Origin: Klebsormidium nitens | Taxonomy: Eukaryota; Plantae; Klebsormidiophyceae | Assembly (NCBI GenBank): GCA_000708835.1 | Contig: DF237327.1 | Span: 1 to 64,000 of the forward strand | Direction: 5' to 3' | Length of the DNA: 64,000 bases | Part shown: piece by piece, positions 59,844-64,000 of the stretch | Position numbering within the stretch: the stretch's first letter is position 1 | Layout: every line of letters starts with the position of its first letter | Notes under the pieces: model-generated | The model's input: the letters and a program-made list of their open reading frames with translations, nothing else | What the model was told of the DNA's origin: nothing | The model's database searches: none | Program-made: the position numbers and the translations under genes

Positions 59844-60954
59844 TGCTAGGAATGCCTCCCCGTCCTGCTCAGCTAGAGCTGTCTTGATTATGGCTTGATC
59901 AATTTGGAGGGATCCCTACTTCTCCAATACTCTGCAGAAATCCAGGTCGCCTTGGCAGCATCTCAATTCAACCTTGAACCTCCTGAGATCTGCGCTGCCA
60001 AATGCTGATCGTTCTTCCTTACTTCCAGCGTGAACTGGTCGCCATAGCCGACTTGCTAGCCCTGGCCAGCGGCTGAGCAAAGACTTGCTGTGCAGCTCCG
60101 AGCTGCACGAAAAGTTTCAGGTCTCCTGATTCAGTTGCTCTGGTCGCCACATTCAATCAGTTCCGCGGTACGTACCGTTCAGGCGGGCGTAACTGTATAG
60201 GACTTGAATGCAGCGCTAGAGCCTAGCGGTCACGTGTGGTCATGCGGCATGAAGAGTGCAGAAGGATTTGCATGGAACTTTGGAAGGCAGGGGGAACTTG
60301 CAGCTTGTTGAGTCCAGCCATCGCTGAGTAGCAGCTACATTGCGCCTCGCACGGTTGGAAGGACCTTACACGTACGCCAATCTTCAGATCATTGAGTTAT
60401 AAGATAACCTCGATCCGGCAACGCGGCATGTGTCCGTTTTGAGGGTTTCATGTAAGTAAATCCACATGGTCATATTTTGAAATTGTCCCTGTCAACTTCA
60501 TGTCGGAATGGATGGATAAAGTTGTCGTCAGAGTAACTTCGGTTTCATGCTGAAATTCAAAGCCTTAAGACTGCATGAAAATCTGCTGCTCTCTCGCAGT
60601 CAACTCTTTTCATGTGACCACATCGGGCCAATTAGTCGATGCGATGATCGCTTTCATTCTCCAGAGAACAATGACCAGCAGGGAAGTAGAACCTCTCGGA
60701 CTATGTTACTTGTTGCCGCCCCACTGCCTGAAAGGCGTGGTACATTGAAAGTTTCCGTTTCAAGTCCGTTCAAGCTCCCTTTCAGAAGCTTTGCGCTTCA
60801 AATCAACATACGGCGAGACTAAGATCGTCAATAATACAGATCGGCATCCCTGATGACCACCTAAAACCACCAATAACTTGCTCGACGATCTTGCAGCTAC
60901 TTCATAAAATCACTTTACTGTGTACGTCAACCTAGACCTACTTGGCAACCTCCA

Positions 60955-63651
60955 TTAAGCTCTTGTTGCAAGAATGGCCTTCTTTTCATTCGACCCTCTC
61001 GTGGCCTTCTCCGTATCAACACCGCCAGTGGCAGCACCGGCGGGACTACTACCCTTCGTCTCTTCCTTGCCCTCCACTACCTCCTCCGTTTTCTTTGGCT
61101 CGTCGACCCACACCTTCTTGATTGCCTCATTTGTCATGAACAGAATCCCCGCAGCCGGAATCAGCTTGATCAAACTCGGCCCGAGCCCGACGTACAACCC
61201 GCCTAGCCCCTTCTCCTTCACGATCCCCTTGAACGCCTCCAGACTGTTCGCATACACAACCCGGCCCCCCAGCTTCCCAACCTGCATCTGCTTGCGCGCT
61301 ACCTCGAGCGGGAACGTCGCGGTTGCGGCGAACGCCCCCGCGGCGGACCCAATGAACAGCGTCTCGATGTTCGTAATCTGCTTGTCGGTCTTCTTGGCGA
61401 TCTTGCGCCACGTGCGGCGGAGCGTGTCATAGGCGAAGTAGTTGCTTCCGGCATAGGGGATGATCCCAACTAGACTGGGTGCCAACCCACGGTACAGCTC
61501 GGCTGCGCCCTCCTCCTTGATAATCTGGGCGAAGCAGTGGAGCACGCCCCGATAGACGCCGCGCTGCATTACATAAATCGCGCAGGGTTAAGGAACAAAT
61601 CACAACGGTTAAGGTACAGAACATTATGGTCAACGAACGAAACACCAGCGCCCAATCAAAGCAAAACCTGCTGCCCGTCTGTACGTGCGGCTCATATGCT
61701 CAACGATGCCGAGAAGACATGCCCGGAGCACGGTCGTCAATACCTCTTATCAGACTCGCATGACCACACGCATGCACAACTGAAGGCAGCCTCTGAAGCC
61801 TCCCTTATTTCAAACGCCCGTTCGCTAAGCCCCTGGCGTCCTATAGGCGCCAATCTGACGGAACAGATGGAGATGGAGCGCCATATTGCAGAGCACCAAG
61901 GAGGATTGTTTAAGAACCGGAGGCCCCAGAAGGCACGGCTTGGCTGACACGTGGGCTGCTGACGACCTTACATTGTCCTGGAACCGCACTCGAAGCAAAC
62001 GGACGAGAAATAAATGGCATAAAACGGACTCTTCAGGCTCTCCGGAAAGCCATTCGAAAAGAGGCAAGAAACTATGGTCGCAAATACCCTTTCTCTAAGT
62101 TGAACGGACTGGACATCCTCTTTCCAACCGCTTGCTGACGTTGGACCCTTTGTCTCCGAATGCAAGAGGCCGAGCACCGGGTTCGCAAGTTGCCGATGCA
62201 TCTTTGGACTAAAAGTTGTCGAGTCCGTAGCACTCAAACTAATGGTGTGCAAGAGCATTATAACTCCTTCCAAGCTTTGGACACAATCTCCAGGAGCAGG
62301 TCTGAGTGAAAGGTTTTGGACTTGAGCCTTCATTTTGCCGTGCGAAACGGTCCTGCAGATCTCAGAATACTCGCCTCCCCACGTGTTGACCAGGAATCTC
62401 CGCATTGTGCAAGCACGACTAACCAGGGCAAAATGCATAAGAAGACCTGGAACCTGCATTCTCGGGGTTCCGAGAACCATGCCCCGCGCACGCACCTCAA
62501 CCGTGAGCCGCGTCTTGACGAGCTCCAGGGGGTACGTAAGAATGGTGGACACGACGCCAGCTGTCGATCCGGCCAGCAGCGAAATGGGCAGGCCGGGCAG
62601 CGGGGCGTTGGGGCCGTTGGCCAGGGGGGACAGCGCCTTCTTCGTCACGTCGACGGTGAACAACTAGAGCGAGGGAGGGGAAAGAGGGAGGATCAGCAGT
62701 GAAGGGCTGAGAGCAAGGCGGGAGAGAAAGACGTGGCTCAGGACGTAATTCTAAGGATTGAGTCTACAAGGTTTGGTCAGACGTAAGAACCAAAAAGGGG
62801 ACCCTGCGGCTGAATTGGTGTGGGGAGGACTCCGAAGCTATTGATTTGGAGATAGGACGAGCATCTAACGAACACTCCTGGCCGATAAAACGGAGGTCAC
62901 ACTCATCACATGCATCACGGGGGCATAAGCACAGCGACGTTTGCAAACAAATGCGCAAAACTATCTGACCGCGACGTAGATCTCGGGACCAATATCCAAC
63001 TCCGGACGCAGTAGTCCTCAACGCAAACGAGATATGCGTCGCCACAAAGCACACACCGAATAGGATCTTCCGCGCAACTCTAACGTGCCTGCTTCCAACA
63101 ACACTCCTCGACGAAACCGACGTACAAATTCCCCTGATGTGCCAGGTCCTCAGTCCAAAACATGCCTCTGTCCTCTCCTGACATCCTTGCTGAGCGCAAC
63201 ATTCTGGCCCCATCACCCACGATTTGCTCAGCCACTGGATTTCGTTTTGACCCCAAGCCATACCACAAAGTTCGCTCAAAAACCTTGCAACGAAGGAATT
63301 AGACGCCAACTACAACACCACCTCGCAGCCACGCACCTCGATCGCCTTGCTAGGCGCGACACGCAACACGTTGATCCCGTTCCCGCGGAACAGCCCCTTC
63401 CACCCCTCCTCCTTCATGATGCGCGCAAACACCTCCGGCACCGACCCCCCCCGCCCCACCATCAGGTGCGTCCGGATGGTTTCCAGGGGGGCAACCGCAC
63501 TGCGGGAGAAGGCCCCCGCTATGGCCCCCGTCACGAGCTTCTTGACAACCCCCTGCGTGCCCTTCCGGACGACCACCTTGCGTACCACGGCCGGCTTCTG
63601 CGCCTCAGGGGCCGCTTCGGTGGGCGCCGCACCCTCGACAGGCGCAGTGGT
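60955..63651 (-). CDS. BT1: Mitochondrial carrier family protein, Brittle1 (BT1)-type adenine nucleotide transporter; 5' exons beyond right edge
   Basis: Exons 63651-63337, 62663-62496 and 61563-60955. Three carrier signatures (APLETIRTHLMVG, YPLELVKTRLT, FPLEVARKQMQVG), plus GLFRGNGINVLRVAPSKAIE and GIIPYAGSNYFAYDTLR. Confidence 0.92.
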
Positions 63652-64000
63652 CTGCAGGAGTGAATATGACGGATGTTGTCCTGTTTGAGAGCTTGTGAAC
63701 TTGGGCAAGGTGTAGGCTTTCTTGACAAACCAATGTAAAGATGTTCTCCTCGGCAGGCACGGACTCAAATAATGCTGTTCTTTGAGTGAAAGCGTCAAAA
63801 AACGACTTCTCGTACGAGCTCTGGAAATTGTAGCCGTCTGTGTACCTTGGATTATGTCAAACTTTCTGGATTAGCCTCGAAAGCCCTCTCGTAGTGCTTC
63901 AGGCTTGCTGCAAATCAGCACCATGGATCATAGGCAGGAGGACTGTGAGGAGGGCTCAGAAACTAAAATTTGCCTTAACCATTGCGCAGTGCATATCTTG

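Noticed and set aside
1-64000. rRNA, tRNA, snRNA genes or autonomous transposons
   Set aside because: No T-loop/cloverleaf, rRNA or snRNA signatures and no RT, integrase or transposase ORFs were recognised by eye; tRNAscan-SE/Infernal would be needed to exclude small RNAs.

Overview
Intron-rich eukaryotic nuclear DNA. Plant-type genes (Alfin-like PHD, RETICULATA-related, BT1 carrier, NHL/LEA_2, EID1-like F-box), GT-AG introns mostly 80-800 nt long and compact gene spacing suggest a streptophyte green alga of the Klebsormidium type (inference). Genes in order: GT8 glycosyltransferase (-, runs off the left edge), nicastrin (+), EID1/EDL-like F-box (-), tripeptidyl peptidase II (+, about 30 exons over 18 kb), NHL/LEA_2 (-), an NLR-like STAND NTPase (+), MAN1/Src1-type inner nuclear membrane protein (-), a twin CX9C protein (+), CGI121 (+), Alfin-like (-), RETICULATA-related (-) and a BT1-type carrier (-, runs off the right edge). 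The most notable locus is the STAND gene. It has a putative MLKL/Cbl-N-like four-helix N-terminus on a TNP-type NB-ARC with 42-aa TPR repeats, carries a nonsense codon and a 1-bp frameshift in the TPRs, and sits head-to-head with the NHL gene. Other oddities: tandem arrays of duplicated splice junctions in TPP2 and MAN1, two possible bicistronic/uORF arrangements, a TA-flanked MITE, a Helitron-like hairpin, and CATG/GATC palindrome-rich islands between convergent genes. All family assignments come from motif recognition by eye; no database search was run. No rRNA, tRNA or CRISPR array was seen.
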